NCBI GenBank assembly: GCA_017852835.1
Contig: JAFMKS010000005.1
Location: 4,449-68,448 of the forward strand
DNA length: 64,000 nucleotides
From: Paracoccaceae bacterium
Lineage (GTDB): Bacteria > Pseudomonadota > Alphaproteobacteria > Rhodobacterales > Rhodobacteraceae
Direction of reading: 5' to 3'
Of the stretch, positions 62,781-64,000 are shown piece by piece. Under the pieces are notes generated by a model. It searched no databases. It was not told where the DNA came from and saw only the letters and a list, made by a program, of their open reading frames with translations. Made by a program: the position numbers and the translations under genes. The first letter of the stretch is position 1, and the number at the start of each line of letters is the position of its first letter.

Positions 62781-63728
62781 CTAATTTTTCCAATCGAAGA
62801 AGTTTTTTGGAGTTGCGTTTAGGATTTTGTTTGCCATTTCTGAGCCGAGTTTTTCGGCGTCTTCGATGGGGCATGATTGATCGTCGTTGATGGCTTCGCT
62901 TCCGTCTGGGCGCAGGACTTCGCCACGCAGGCGTAGGGTGGAGCCGTTGAGTTCAGCAAGGCCCGCGATGGGGGTCTCACAGGATCCGTCTAGGCCCCGT
63001 AAAAACGCCCGTTCTGCGGCCAGTCTTTGACCTGTTGGAGTGTCATGTATAGCTGACAGTATTTCAGCGACGCGTGTGTCCTCACTGCGCCGTTCAATCC
63101 CGATCGCTCCCTGCGCCACCGCGGGCAACATGACGTCTGGATCCAAGAAGGATTTGGCGATATGCGATAGCCCCAGTCGGTTCAAACCAGCGGCAGCCAA
63201 AAACGTTGCATCGGCCACGCCATCCTCAAGCTTTTTCAATCGCGTCTGCACATTGCCGCGAAACTCTACAACCTCAAGATCAGGGCGCGCCAACATCAAC
63301 TGTGCCTTACGGCGCAAACTGGATGATCCTAGTTTTTGACCTGCCTCTAACGCATCCATGCTGTCTTTTGTTAAGGAGACAAAGGCATCACGCACATCTT
63401 CACGCGGTAAATAAGTGTCCAAAATCAGTCCAGTAGGCTGTTCTGTGGGCATATCCTTCATCGAATGCACCGCAATATCAATCCGCCCACTCAGCAGATC
63501 GTCTTCAATCTCGCGGGTGAACAGCCCCTTACCCCCGATCTCTTTCAACGGGCGATCTAGAACACGATCCCCTGTTGTTTTGATCACGATAATCTCAAAA
63601 CAGCTCTCTTCCAGATCAAAGGCCTGCGATAAGCGCGCCCGTGTCTCATGGGCCTGCGCCAGTGCCAAGGGGGATCCGCGGGTGCCGATTTTAAGGGGTG
63701 TAGTGGGGGTAGGTAAATTCAAAGACAT
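62781..63728 (-). CDS. hemC: Hydroxymethylbilane synthase
   Basis: IGTRGSPLAL, GGKGLF, VHSMKD, RGNVQTRL and GSCETP. Confidence 0.98.
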   Translation of the reverse strand: MSLNLPTPTTPLKIGTRGSPLALAQAHETRARLSQAFDLEESCFEIIVIKTTGDRVLDRPLKEIGGKGLFTREIEDDLLSGRIDIAVHSMKDMPTEQPTGLILDTYLPREDVRDAFVSLTKDSMDALEAGQKLGSSSLRRKAQLMLARPDLEVVEFRGNVQTRLKKLEDGVADATFLAAAGLNRLGLSHIAKSFLDPDVMLPAVAQGAIGIERRSEDTRVAEILSAIHDTPTGQRLAAERAFLRGLDGSCETPIAGLAELNGSTLRLRGEVLRPDGSEAINDDQSCPIEDAEKLGSEMANKILNATPKNFFDWKN

Positions 63729-63823
63729 ATCAAAGTTTTAGGTCTATAACGTCTAAAACACAAGACACATTGCTTGACTTTAATGGCTTGGCGTATGACG
63801 AAGGATGAAACGATAGGTGACCC

Positions 63824-64000
63824 ATGAATAAAGATAAAACAATTCTCCGCGCCCTTGCTGGTGAACGCCAAGAGACCCCGCCCATCTGGATGATGCGACA
63901 GGCGGGTCGCTATTTGCCAGAATACCGTGCCACGCGGGCTGAGGCGGGGGATTTCTTATCGCTGTGTTACAACAGTGAATTGGCCGCCGAGGTGACGTTG
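63824..64000 (+). CDS. hemE: Uroporphyrinogen decarboxylase (5' part; runs off window end)
   Basis: [11 protein letters not shown]...[16 protein letters not shown]; divergent from hemC. Confidence 0.95.
   Translation, partial: MNKDKTILRALAGERQETPPIWMMRQAGRYLPEYRATRAEAGDFLSLCYNSELAAEVTL

Noticed and set aside
62781-63728. hemC looks somewhat more GC-rich than its neighbours (possible recombined allele)
   Set aside because: Visual impression only; not quantified, and synteny with hemE is normal.

Overview
This is a mostly core-genome window from a marine Rhodobacteraceae (Roseobacter-group-like) alphaproteobacterium of roughly 50% GC (estimated by eye). In order it carries monomeric idh, a fructokinase plus FSA-type aldolase pair, gcvTHP behind a tandem glycine riboswitch, dat/dgcA, mcl1, accA, tRNA-Ala(GGC), truB-rpsO-pnp, gabD, a urate/allantoin catabolic cluster (puuD, uraH, puuE-uraD fusion, allA, NCS2 permease, LysR), dapA, slt, split mnmC halves, znuA/zur/znuCB with a Zur box, mcd, DUF1013 (TrcR-like), recR-ybaB-dnaX-ffs, nudC, pheA, cytochrome cy, yejABEF, dac, clpS, hemC and hemE. 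I found no IS, prophage, integrase, CRISPR array or defence system. The most unusual signal is ongoing genome erosion. At least five accessory loci are pseudogenes (CDGSH protein, RTX Ca-binding protein, RNase T2, SRPBCC protein, hemN). At 57.9-58.9 kb a deletion scar fuses the 3' half of hemN to the last ~70 codons of ccoI and, through an apparent 10-bp microhomology, to a ccoS-like tail. This implies the fnrL/cbb3-oxidase microaerobic module was excised from this locus. Other candidates are an FSA-type aldolase/kinase sugar route, a three-way-junction RNA upstream of the DUF1013 gene, and UDG-like motifs in DUF1643. All family assignments come from motif recognition, not database searches.
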